A stretch of DNA of 53,966 nucleotides from an uncultured Candidatus Bathyarchaeia archaeon (GTDB lineage: Archaea > Thermoproteota > Bathyarchaeia > TCS64): NCBI GenBank assembly GCA_964462185.1, contig CAYWWV010000001.1, positions 12,811-66,776 on the forward strand, given 5' to 3'. Positions 46,671 to 53,966 of this stretch are shown here, in pieces. Both the position numbers and the translations under genes were made by a program. The notes below the pieces were generated by a model. It did no database searches and had not been told where the DNA came from. It saw only the letters and a program-made list of their open reading frames with translations. Position 1 is the stretch's first letter. Every line of letters starts with the position of its first letter.

Positions 46671-46672
46671 GG

Positions 46673-47014
46673 TTACCTGGCCTGGATCACGTAGTCGACC
46701 CTCGCGGGGGCAAAGGTCTCTATAATCACAGCGGCTTCCTCGCCGTTGGCCACAAACCTGTGTCTTTCGCCAGGAGGGATATACCACGCTGCTCCCGGGG
46801 TGGCCCGCACGGTTTCATCGCCGCTTGTCAACTCGCCAGAGCCGGCGATCAGGGTCCCCATCTGTTCATGGGGGTGAGTATGCCAGTCAACTACCCCCCC
46901 TGGCTGTATAACAATATAACACATAGTGGCGTGCATCCCGTTTCCGATAATGCTTATCTCCACGCCGGGGACGGGATTCAAGCTTGGGGCCTTATCCCAC
47001 TCTGTAGTCTTCAT
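46673..47014 (-). CDS. Cupin-domain protein
   Basis: 113 aa with GGVVDWHTHPHEQMGTLI...G..WYIPPGERHRF, the two-motif cupin metal site. Confidence 0.7.
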   Translation of the reverse strand: MKTTEWDKAPSLNPVPGVEISIIGNGMHATMCYIVIQPGGVVDWHTHPHEQMGTLIAGSGELTSGDETVRATPGAAWYIPPGERHRFVANGEEAAVIIETFAPARVDYVIQAR

Positions 47015-47046
47015 GGAACCATGTATGGGGTCAGGGTATTTGAATA

Positions 47047-47703
47047 TTAACGGAGGCCCATGCTTCGCTCCAAGAGTAAGCCTTGAACCTCCTTCCTAAG
47101 GCTATACCGGTAGGGGATGCTGGAAGTATTCCTGTCTATGAAGCCCTTCTCGTAGAGCTTTTTCAAGAGCCTAGCTGTGTGTTCCCTGGTCTTCCCAATG
47201 ACTTTCTGAACGTCCGGCCCGGAGGCCTCCCCCAGCTCCTGTATGACTTCCAACACCTTGAGTTCAGTCTCTGTAAGAGACTGGAGAACGTCCTCCTCCT
47301 TGATTGGGATGGGGGGAGCCACGTTGGAAGCCTTTACCGTGGCTATACGCTGGGCGGCTATCTTCTGGACTTGGGAACGCAATTCTTCCAGCGAGCTATC
47401 AATAGCCTCGATACGCTCCACCACAGGCCCCAACAAGTCTTCAGAAACCTCAGAGGCCCCTAATTCATCAATCTTTTTTAGGGCCTCCAGAGCCATCTCT
47501 CGGGCTTGATCCGTCTCCCGCTCAAGCCTATCCAGACCCGCCTCAGTCTTGAGAAGCTGCCGGGTAAAGCCCCGCGTTATGTTTTCCACCATTTCCCGGC
47601 TTGCCTCATATTCTGATGCGGCCAACTTGATTCTCTGGTGAAAAACATAGCTTGCCGCGACTAGCACTATTAAAAGGGAGAGGCTAATCAGAGCAAGCTC
47701 CAT
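47047..47703 (-). CDS. Membrane-anchored coiled-coil protein with a C-terminal winged helix (MarR-like)
   Basis: N-terminal hydrophobic helix LALISLSLLIVLVAASYVF, about 110 aa of heptad-like charged sequence, then LTETELKVLEVIQELGEASGPDVQKVIGKTREHTARLLKKLYEKGFIDR. Confidence 0.5.
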   Translation of the reverse strand: MELALISLSLLIVLVAASYVFHQRIKLAASEYEASREMVENITRGFTRQLLKTEAGLDRLERETDQAREMALEALKKIDELGASEVSEDLLGPVVERIEAIDSSLEELRSQVQKIAAQRIATVKASNVAPPIPIKEEDVLQSLTETELKVLEVIQELGEASGPDVQKVIGKTREHTARLLKKLYEKGFIDRNTSSIPYRYSLRKEVQGLLLERSMGLR

Positions 47704-47774
47704 ACTAGATATGAGGAATGCTTGGAGGTTAATTATACTTACGTAGAAATCGGGGAGCCGTTTGCTGCAAGGCG

Positions 47775-47782
47775 TTTAAATT
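47775..47782 (+). promoter_or_regulatory. TATA-like box of hypF
   Basis: TTTAAATT centred 23 nt upstream of GTG 47801. Confidence 0.35.
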
Positions 47783-47800
47783 CCATGGTTCGACCAATAG

Positions 47801-50119
47801 GTGATTGAATTGGGGCTCCAAAGGGCCAAGATCAACATCACTGGCAGGGTGCAGGGAGTTGGTTTCAGGCCATTCATCTACCGCATAGCCGTTCGCCACG
47901 GGTTGAAGGGGTATGTGATCAATCTTGGGGACGCAGGGGTGGAGGTGGTTGTAGAGGGGGACGCCCAAAACATCGAGGCATTCATACGTTCAATTAGAGA
48001 GGAGGCTCCACCGGTCTCTGAGGTTGAGGAGATTCATGTGAAACGGGGGGAGGCCACGGGGGAGTTCAAGGAGTTCATTATTGATAAGAGCAGGAGGGGA
48101 ACCAGCGTGGCCTCGGGCATTTACCCGCCAGACATAGGAATATGCGACCAATGCCTAGCCGACATGGAGAGACCCGGTAGCCGGTGGTATCAATACCCAT
48201 TCACGGCTTGCGCCTGGTGCGGCCCAAGGTTCACGGCTGTGGAGGCCCTCCCCTACGACAGGGAGCGCACCCACATGAGGGAGTTCCCCATGTGCGCAAG
48301 CTGTAGGCGGGACTACTTGGACCCTTTGGACAGGAGGTTTGACGCCCAGGGAATAACCTGCAGATTCTGCGGCCCCAAGATGAGCCTATACGACCAACAC
48401 GGCAACCCCATCCACACCCAAAACCCAATAGAAGAGGCGGCCAACCTAATAACACAGGGATCCATAGTCGCCGTTAAAGGCATAGGGGGGATACACATTG
48501 CCTGCCTCGCCACCGATGACCAAGTACTCGGGGAGTTGAGGAAAAGAAAACACCGCGACCAGCAGCCCTTCGCCCTCATGTCACCCAGCCTGAAATCGGT
48601 GAAGAGCTTCGCAGAGGTGTCAGAGGCGGAGGAACACTGGTTAACATCGTGGAGGAAGCCAATAGTTGTTCTCAGGTTGAAGGGAGAAGGCCTCTCAAGC
48701 CTGGTAGCCCCCGGCCTGAACACTGTGGGGGTTATGCTCCCCTACACAGGTATCCAAACCCTCCTCTTGAAACACATCGACGAGCCAGCCGTGGTTATGA
48801 CCAGCGGCAACAAGCGGGGACTCCCCATGGCCATAGACAATCCAACAGCTTTCCGAGAACTAAAAGACCTAGTTGACTACTTCCTCCTGCACAATAGGAG
48901 AATTGTGAACCGCGCCGACGACTCTGTCTTGAAAGTGATAAATGGCGCCCCAGCCATGATTCGTAGGTCCAGGGGATTTGTCCCCGATCCAATCAAACTC
49001 TCACAGGGGAAGGGCGTCGTCCTGGCTCTTGGGGCGGAACTGAGGAACGCCGCCGCCGTTGGCGTGGACAGGAGAGTCTACCCCACCCAATACCTGGGAG
49101 ACGTAGACAGCCTGGAAACCCTTGAGTTCCAGGAAAAGGCCATGAACAGGCTGTTTAAACTGCTAAACATCACACGTAACCCAGATGTGATAGCCTGTGA
49201 CCTCCACCCAGGCTACATGACATCACGTCTAGCCAGGGAGATATCACAGAAACAAGACATACCAGTTTTGGAAATACAGCACCACTTCGCACACATAGCC
49301 TCCGTGAAAGCCGAACACCATATCGAGGGAGAAGCCATTGGAATAGCCTTAGATGGCGCAGGATTTGGAGTAGACGGGAATATTTGGGGCGGAGAATTCC
49401 TTTTAACCTCTTCTACTGGCTTTAAAAGAATAGGGAGGCTAGAAAATCTTCCCTTTCCAGGGGGAGACCGCAACACTTACTTCCCCTACAGAATGCTAAT
49501 ACTTGCGCTTTCAAAGACTTTAACCGAACAAGAACTACGTGACGTCACAAAAAATCACACATCAACAGCCTTGGAATATGGGGAAACCGAGCTGGAGACA
49601 CTGCTAAACAGCCTCAGTAAAGGAAACTATAAACAAACCTCCAGCCTCGGAAGGGTTCTTGACTCCATAGCAGCGCTTACAGGAGCTTGTTACCGGAGGA
49701 CTTATGAAGGGGAGCCAGCCATCAAGCTGGAAGCCTTAGCTGAACAAGGCAAAGAATTTAAAACCAGTTTCAAACCCCAAATACGAAAAACCAACGGCCT
49801 ATACGAGTTAAAAACCTCAGAAATACTATATTTCTTACTGGAACAGATAAAAACTCAGAAAAAACAAAATATAGCCCATATGGGCCAGAAAATCCTGGTT
49901 GATGGTTTGGTGGAACTAGCTATAACACTGGCCAATGAAACAGGCATAAACACATTCGCCTTATCTGGGGGAGTGTTTGTGAACGATTATATCACCAGCA
50001 AAGTCTCAAACAGCTTACAGAGCCGAGGATATAAGACCTATAGAAATCAACTAGTTCCACCGGGCGATGGGGGAACAGCGTTAGGACAGGCCTTTATCGC
50101 GTTAAACTCTGTGACGTAG
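47801..50119 (+). CDS. hypF: Carbamoyltransferase HypF ([NiFe]-hydrogenase maturation)
   Basis: Acylphosphatase GRVQGVGFRPF, two CxxC...CxxC zinc fingers (CDQC..CAWCGPRF; CASC..CRFCGP), a YrdC-like middle and a Kae1-like C-terminus ending PPGDGG. GTG start 23 nt after TTTAAATT. Confidence 0.95.
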   Translation: MIELGLQRAKINITGRVQGVGFRPFIYRIAVRHGLKGYVINLGDAGVEVVVEGDAQNIEAFIRSIREEAPPVSEVEEIHVKRGEATGEFKEFIIDKSRRGTSVASGIYPPDIGICDQCLADMERPGSRWYQYPFTACAWCGPRFTAVEALPYDRERTHMREFPMCASCRRDYLDPLDRRFDAQGITCRFCGPKMSLYDQHGNPIHTQNPIEEAANLITQGSIVAVKGIGGIHIACLATDDQVLGELRKRKHRDQQPFALMSPSLKSVKSFAEVSEAEEHWLTSWRKPIVVLRLKGEGLSSLVAPGLNTVGVMLPYTGIQTLLLKHIDEPAVVMTSGNKRGLPMAIDNPTAFRELKDLVDYFLLHNRRIVNRADDSVLKVINGAPAMIRRSRGFVPDPIKLSQGKGVVLALGAELRNAAAVGVDRRVYPTQYLGDVDSLETLEFQEKAMNRLFKLLNITRNPDVIACDLHPGYMTSRLAREISQKQDIPVLEIQHHFAHIASVKAEHHIEGEAIGIALDGAGFGVDGNIWGGEFLLTSSTGFKRIGRLENLPFPGGDRNTYFPYRMLILALSKTLTEQELRDVTKNHTSTALEYGETELETLLNSLSKGNYKQTSSLGRVLDSIAALTGACYRRTYEGEPAIKLEALAEQGKEFKTSFKPQIRKTNGLYELKTSEILYFLLEQIKTQKKQNIAHMGQKILVDGLVELAITLANETGINTFALSGGVFVNDYITSKVSNSLQSRGYKTYRNQLVPPGDGGTALGQAFIALNSVT

Positions 50120-50126
50120 CGTGATA

Positions 50127-50564
50127 TCACAGGGTTTTAATGCTGGTCGGCTTTGAAAGCTCATTTATTACAGCAATCAACTCAGTCTCAAGGCCTTGGA
50201 CCTCAGCATCACTCAAATCTTGTAGCTGCCTTAGCTGTTCTCCCAGTTGGTCGAATGCGTCAAAGACCTCGTCTTGAATGATGCCCACGTATCTGAGTAA
50301 AAGAATGGTCATAAAACTCTTCACCAGGTTCCTCCTAGCCTGGGACAGAGTCCTGCTAAAAGAGGCTCTGCTTACATATGTGTTTCTTATTTTCGCTTTT
50401 TCACTAGTTGTGGCTTGATTTTCGGTTAAAACGCGAAATGATTCATCAATTAAAATTGTTTCAAATTGTGTTTCTGTTAAAAAGCTGTTTTTTAGCAACG
50501 TTTGAGCTATTTCGTCTTTTAGGTAGTAATCGACGAATTCACGCACTCTAATCTGGGGTTCCAT
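50127..50564 (-). CDS. Hypothetical DNA-binding protein (DUF134/sigma-70-region-4-like HTH) with a C-terminal coiled coil
   Basis: LTETQFETILI ... YVSRASFSRTLSQARRNLVKS resembles the DUF134 HTH. ATG 50564 lies 25 nt from an A/T box; the tracked TTG 50666 extension was rejected. I counted 33% G+C over 50401-50460. Confidence 0.4.
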   Translation of the reverse strand: MEPQIRVREFVDYYLKDEIAQTLLKNSFLTETQFETILIDESFRVLTENQATTSEKAKIRNTYVSRASFSRTLSQARRNLVKSFMTILLLRYVGIIQDEVFDAFDQLGEQLRQLQDLSDAEVQGLETELIAVINELSKPTSIKTL

Positions 50565-50585
50565 ATTAGAGGCTCCGCGTTGAAC

Positions 50586-50592
50586 AATAAAA
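50586..50592 (-). promoter_or_regulatory. TATA-like box of the DUF134-like gene
   Basis: Reads TTTTATT on the minus strand, centred 25 nt upstream of ATG 50564. Confidence 0.3.
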
Positions 50593-50624
50593 GTGTAACC
50601 AAAGTTGTATACCGCTTGTGGTTC

Positions 50625-50639
50625 TTCCAATAATTGGAA
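50625..50639. promoter_or_regulatory. Inverted repeat TTCCAAT-a-ATTGGAA in a 183-bp A/T-rich divergent spacer
   Basis: Read directly. It is followed at 50641-51 by AAACAAGTAAA, an 11-mer identical to 44208-18, and then by TTTATA (50653-58). Confidence 0.4.
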
Positions 50640-50719
50640 TAAACAAGTAAAATTTATAGAAACCAATAAAAAGCCACCTAAAACACTTGAAAAATTAACA
50701 GATAGAGGAAAGAAAGGGG

Positions 50720-50727
50720 TTTTAAAA
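50720..50727 (+). promoter_or_regulatory. TATA-like box of nadE
   Basis: TTTTAAAA centred 24 nt upstream of ATG 50748. Confidence 0.35.
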
Positions 50728-50747
50728 CCACTACTAGAATCTAACCC

Positions 50748-51542
50748 ATGTTCACATTAAAAGACCTAGACCTTGACTACAAAGAGGTGGAAAACCGCAT
50801 CACCTCACAGCTACGCTCCTACGTCGAAAAATCGGGATTAAAAGGAGGGGTGGTAGCTGTTAGCGGGGGGGTGGACTCCTCAGTAACCCTGAGCTTGTCC
50901 GTTAAGGCGCTGGGTCCAAGCCGAGTTACAGCGCTAACCATGCCTGAGAAGGATGTGACCCCAGAACGTGATATCAGGGATGTGATATCACTGTGTGAGG
51001 GGCTTGGGGTTACGTGTAACCTGGTGGATATCACGGATGTGTTTCATGTGATGCAGGGATCAATTGGTTTAAAGGGGGACAGGGTTGCCCTGGGAAACCT
51101 TAAGGCCCGGATTAGGATGGTTGTGTCCTATTTCTATGCTAACACCGAGTCTAAACTGGTCATAGGAACCTCCAATAAAACAGAGTTGTTGACGGGTTTC
51201 TTCACCAAGTTTGGGGACGGGGCCTGCGATGTTGCCCCCCTGGGGGACCTGTACAAGTACAATGTAAGGCAGTTGGGGAGGCACCTGGGTCTACCGCCGA
51301 AGCTTGTAGAGAAGACGCCGAGCCCGGGTTTTTATAAGGGCCAGACGGATGAGGGGGAGCTGGGCTGCTCCTACGACCATATCGACTTGATGTTGTATTC
51401 CTGGGAGAGGGGGTACACCGCGGGGGAGATAGCTGAAGGCCTTGGGCTTGACCCCGGTCTGGTACGCAGAATACTGCGAAGGGTGGAGGAAAACGAACAT
51501 AAGAGGCGGCTCCCCTATATTGTGAAAGTAAGTAAAAGGTAG
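50748..51542 (+). CDS. nadE: NH3-dependent NAD+ synthetase
   Basis: PP-loop VVAVSGGVDSSV, NLKARIRM and GTSNKTELLTGFFTKFGDG. Confidence 0.9.
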   Translation: MFTLKDLDLDYKEVENRITSQLRSYVEKSGLKGGVVAVSGGVDSSVTLSLSVKALGPSRVTALTMPEKDVTPERDIRDVISLCEGLGVTCNLVDITDVFHVMQGSIGLKGDRVALGNLKARIRMVVSYFYANTESKLVIGTSNKTELLTGFFTKFGDGACDVAPLGDLYKYNVRQLGRHLGLPPKLVEKTPSPGFYKGQTDEGELGCSYDHIDLMLYSWERGYTAGEIAEGLGLDPGLVRRILRRVEENEHKRRLPYIVKVSKR

Positions 51543-51554
51543 GTGGGATGCTGG

Positions 51555-51803
51555 ATGGGGCGTAAAAGACAGAAAGTAGTCAAGGTAATCAGGAAAAAGC
51601 TCCCGGAGCAGTACCTCTGCCCTGAGTGTGGAAAGGACACTATTTCAATAGCCCTCCACAAGGACGAGGGTTATGGGAGGATCATTTGCACCAACTGCAA
51701 CCTTAAAAGCCAGTTTCCCATACCCGCCTCAGCGGACCCCGTCGACGCCTACTGCATTTTCGTAGACCGGTATTACGGCGCCCAGGAGATCAGAGCCCCA
51801 TGA
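51555..51803 (+). CDS. Elf1-like zinc-ribbon transcription elongation factor homologue
   Basis: Basic N-terminus MGRKRQKVVK, then CPECG...CTNCN and PVDAYCIFVDRYY, paralleling eukaryotic Elf1 (..PVDVYSDWID..). Confidence 0.65.
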   Translation: MGRKRQKVVKVIRKKLPEQYLCPECGKDTISIALHKDEGYGRIICTNCNLKSQFPIPASADPVDAYCIFVDRYYGAQEIRAP

Positions 51804-52546
51804 GGGGCCCCGTGGAGAAATACCTCCTCCAAGAGATAGAGGACAAAGGGTGCATCCACCTAGCCCTAGTCGACCCTGAGAAGACAGCCCCCTTGGAGTG
51901 CGCACGAATGGCTCAAAGCGCTGTGGAGGGGGGGTCCTCGGCGGTGATGGTTGGAGGGTCTACACTGGGGTCACAGATCCAGCTGGAAACAGCGATTTCC
52001 GAGATCAAAAAGAGGGTTAAAGTCCCCATTATCCTCTTCCCCAACGGCCCCATGGGGGTCACGGCCAAGGCAGACGCCGTCTGGTTCATGTCCCTCCTCA
52101 ACAGCGACAACCCCTATTACTTCATAGAGGCCCAGATGTTGGCCGCGCCCTACATTAAAAGAGCAGGCCTAGAGGCCATCCCCATGGGATACATAATAGC
52201 GGGGGAGGGGTGTGTTGCCGGCTACGTGGGCCATGCCAGGCCCATCAGCTTCAAACACCCCCAGCTAGCTGTGGGATATGGCCTGGCAGCGGAGGCCCTT
52301 GGGATGAGGTTCCTCTATCTGGAGGCGGGAAGCGGAGCCCCTCAACCCATCCCCCCCGAGATGGTTAGGATGGTTTCTAAGAGCATAGGCATCCCTCTAA
52401 TCGTGGGCGGTGGGATAAGAACCCCGGAGGCCGCTAGGGAGGCCAGTGAGGCAGGGGCTAGCATTATTGTTACAGGCACATTGGTGGAGGACGGGGGCGA
52501 GGTTAGAAGCCGTGTGGCCGAGATAGTGGCCGCAGCAAAGCGTTGA
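51800..52546 (+). CDS. Geranylgeranylglyceryl phosphate synthase (PcrB/GGGPS family)
   Basis: TIM-barrel pattern HLALVDPEK, MVGGS, YLEAGSGA and LIVGGGIRT. ATGA overlap with the upstream gene. Confidence 0.85.
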   Translation: MRGPVEKYLLQEIEDKGCIHLALVDPEKTAPLECARMAQSAVEGGSSAVMVGGSTLGSQIQLETAISEIKKRVKVPIILFPNGPMGVTAKADAVWFMSLLNSDNPYYFIEAQMLAAPYIKRAGLEAIPMGYIIAGEGCVAGYVGHARPISFKHPQLAVGYGLAAEALGMRFLYLEAGSGAPQPIPPEMVRMVSKSIGIPLIVGGGIRTPEAAREASEAGASIIVTGTLVEDGGEVRSRVAEIVAAAKR

Positions 52547-52627
52547 ATGGCCGTCCAACAGTGTTTAAAGCAGTAGGAGCTTATACAATCCCAATAACCC
52601 TGGGTGTGTACATTGCTCCGTGTTAAG

Positions 52628-53966
52628 ATGCCTCCCCACTACGTTGACTACTTCCAAGAGCTGGAGGATAAACTCAACCAGCTTTACCAAGTAGCCACGG
52701 AGGCCAGGGCCAAAGGGTTGGACCCCGCAACGGTGGTGGAGGTGGCCATCACCTCGGACATAGCGGAGAGGATTGAGAAGCTCATCGGCCCCCAGGGCAT
52801 CACTGAGCGAATGAGGGAGCTTGAGAGCCTGGACCGGAGGGAGATGAGCTTCAAGATAGCGCGGGAGATAGTCCTGGGCAGGTTCGGCGTGATGGAGAGG
52901 GAGAAGGCCGCCGACCAAGCGGTTAGAACCGCTTTGGCTATCTTAACCGAGGGGGTGACCATAGCCCCCATCGAGGGGATACCCGAGATTAAGATCAAGT
53001 CAAACCCAGATGGGAGCCAGTATCTGGCCCTATACTTTGCAGGGCCTATCAGGCCAGCGGGGGGAACCGCCCAAGCTCTCACCTTGGTGGTCGCCGATGT
53101 GGTTCGAAAAGCCTTGAACCTGGACAGGTGGAAGCCAAGCAAGGAGGCTGTGAACCGATTCATCGAGGAGGTGCGGCTCTACGAGCAGAGGGTTAGGAGG
53201 TTCCAATACCATGTCTCAGACGAGGACCTGGAGTTTGCCCTGGAAAACCTGCCCGTGGAGCCCACAGGGGTCTCCACAGACCCCTTCGAGGTCTCAAACT
53301 ACCGGGATGTGCCTGGTATCGAGACTAACCGTCTGCGGGGGGGTGCTCTAATTGTGGTGGTGGATGGCGTTGTGGGTCGCTCCCGAAAGCTCTGCGGGAT
53401 CTGCGAGAAGGTGGGGGTGGAGGGCTGGGAATGGTTAAACAGGTTGGACCACAGCTCGGGTGGGGAGGATGATAACCATTCATCCCACGCCCAGTTCATG
53501 GATGAGATCATCGTGGGGCGCCCTGTTTTCAGTTTCCCAGGGGCCGAGGGGGGGTTCAGGCTTAGATATGGGAGGGCTCGAAACACTGGGCTGGCTGCCT
53601 GCGGGATACACCCGGCCACCATGGTGGTTTTAAACCAGTTTATGAACACCGGTCTTCAGCTCAGGGTGGAGCTCCCGGGGAAATCCGCGGCCGTCTGCCC
53701 CGTGGATAGCCTGGAACCCCCCGTGGTTAGACTCAAGGACGGCTCGGTGGTGAGGGTTGAGACCACGGAGCAGGCATGGGATTTGGCCGACCAGGTTGAC
53801 AAGATTTTATTCAACGGCGACATATTGTTCAATGCTGGAGACTTTATTCAGTTTAACCATCCCCTTTTGCCAAGCGGGTATGATGAGCACCAGTGGGTTC
53901 TGGACTTGGGGGAGAGGCTGGAAACACTGGGCCTTAAAACCGTGGTCGAGCTAACGGGGATAACAA
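52628..53966 (+). CDS. polD2: DNA polymerase D (II) large subunit DP2, 5' part (runs off the window)
   Basis: My own translation from ATG 52628 is stop-free to 53966: MPPHYVDYFQELEDKLNQLYQVATEARAKGLDP...GGFRLRYGRARNTGLAACGIHPATM..., typical of the DP2 N-terminus. This ORF is absent from the track because it has no stop in the window. Confidence 0.9.
   Translation, partial: MPPHYVDYFQELEDKLNQLYQVATEARAKGLDPATVVEVAITSDIAERIEKLIGPQGITERMRELESLDRREMSFKIAREIVLGRFGVMEREKAADQAVRTALAILTEGVTIAPIEGIPEIKIKSNPDGSQYLALYFAGPIRPAGGTAQALTLVVADVVRKALNLDRWKPSKEAVNRFIEEVRLYEQRVRRFQYHVSDEDLEFALENLPVEPTGVSTDPFEVSNYRDVPGIETNRLRGGALIVVVDGVVGRSRKLCGICEKVGVEGWEWLNRLDHSSGGEDDNHSSHAQFMDEIIVGRPVFSFPGAEGGFRLRYGRARNTGLAACGIHPATMVVLNQFMNTGLQLRVELPGKSAAVCPVDSLEPPVVRLKDGSVVRVETTEQAWDLADQVDKILFNGDILFNAGDFIQFNHPLLPSGYDEHQWVLDLGERLETLGLKTVVELTGIT

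Noticed and set aside
47784-47800. tRNA T-arm-like GGTTCGACC in the hypF upstream spacer
   Set aside because: There is no complementary T-stem, acceptor stem or anticodon arm around it. The spacer is only 97 bp and is explained by two divergent promoters. No other tRNA-like segment was found in any gap.
50593-50719. Replication origin (the ORB-like dyad TTCCA...TGGAA in A/T-rich DNA close to the PolD genes; likewise the 44.2-kb spacer)
   Set aside because: There is only a single dyad copy, with no G-string or repeated ORB elements and no orc1/cdc6 gene in the window. The A/T-rich stretches are short (under 200 bp) and largely accounted for by promoters.
52565-53649. Three minus-strand ORFs (117, 159 and 116 aa) at the right end
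   Set aside because: They lie antisense to a stop-free plus-strand frame that I translated by hand and that reads as the PolD large-subunit N-terminus.

Overview
This is a 53,966-bp, densely coding segment of a high-GC archaeal chromosome. I call about 58 CDS and saw no rRNA, tRNA or CRISPR. Most 60-nt lines I counted are 58-68% G+C. Archaeal origin rests on topoisomerase VI A/B, both subunits of family-D DNA polymerase, aIF-1A, RIO kinase, GGGP synthase, archaeal-type TIM and an Elf1-like zinc ribbon. PolD together with Elf1 suggests a non-Thermoprotei TACK-type lineage; that is inference only. Coding strands are strongly G-rich, so the opposite strand carries very long Pro/Arg/His-rich shadow ORFs, which I rejected. 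A/T-rich octamers sit 21-31 nt upstream of many start codons (leaderless-type promoters), and I used them to pick starts. Layout: 0-9.7 kb is housekeeping and redox (rubrerythrin, CysRS, FucI-like, pyruvate kinase). 9.8-26.5 kb is a molybdenum/tungsten island. It holds two convergent L-M-S xanthine-dehydrogenase-family operons with a P-loop NTPase, XdhC and MocA; a fused TupA-TupB with a TOBE ATPase and a Cys-rich protein; and moaA-D-E-C-B-moeA. 26.5-31 kb holds kynureninase, a CoA-transferase, Mpg, an IMPase-family gene and SfsA. 31-35.5 kb is aIF1A-Rio1-KH-Top6B-Top6A. 35.5-43.4 kb holds nucleotide-sugar genes, TIM, two class-III aminotransferases and an MBL hydrolase. 43.4-51 kb is compositionally mosaic, with lower-GC patches carrying small DNA-binding genes. 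These are a wHTH gene divergent from an RHH-fusion gene across a palindrome- and iteron-dense spacer, a TM-coiled-coil-wHTH gene, and a DUF134-like HTH gene, interleaved with DUF99, PolD small subunit, a cupin and HypF. 51-54 kb holds NadE, Elf1, GGGPS and the 5' part of PolD large subunit. The best second-look candidates are the 43.4-44.7 kb regulator cassette, the abrupt GC drop inside hypF, and the accessory proteins of the Mo/W island (P-loop NTPase, Cys-rich protein, SBP-permease fusion). All homology calls come from motif recognition by eye; no searches were run.
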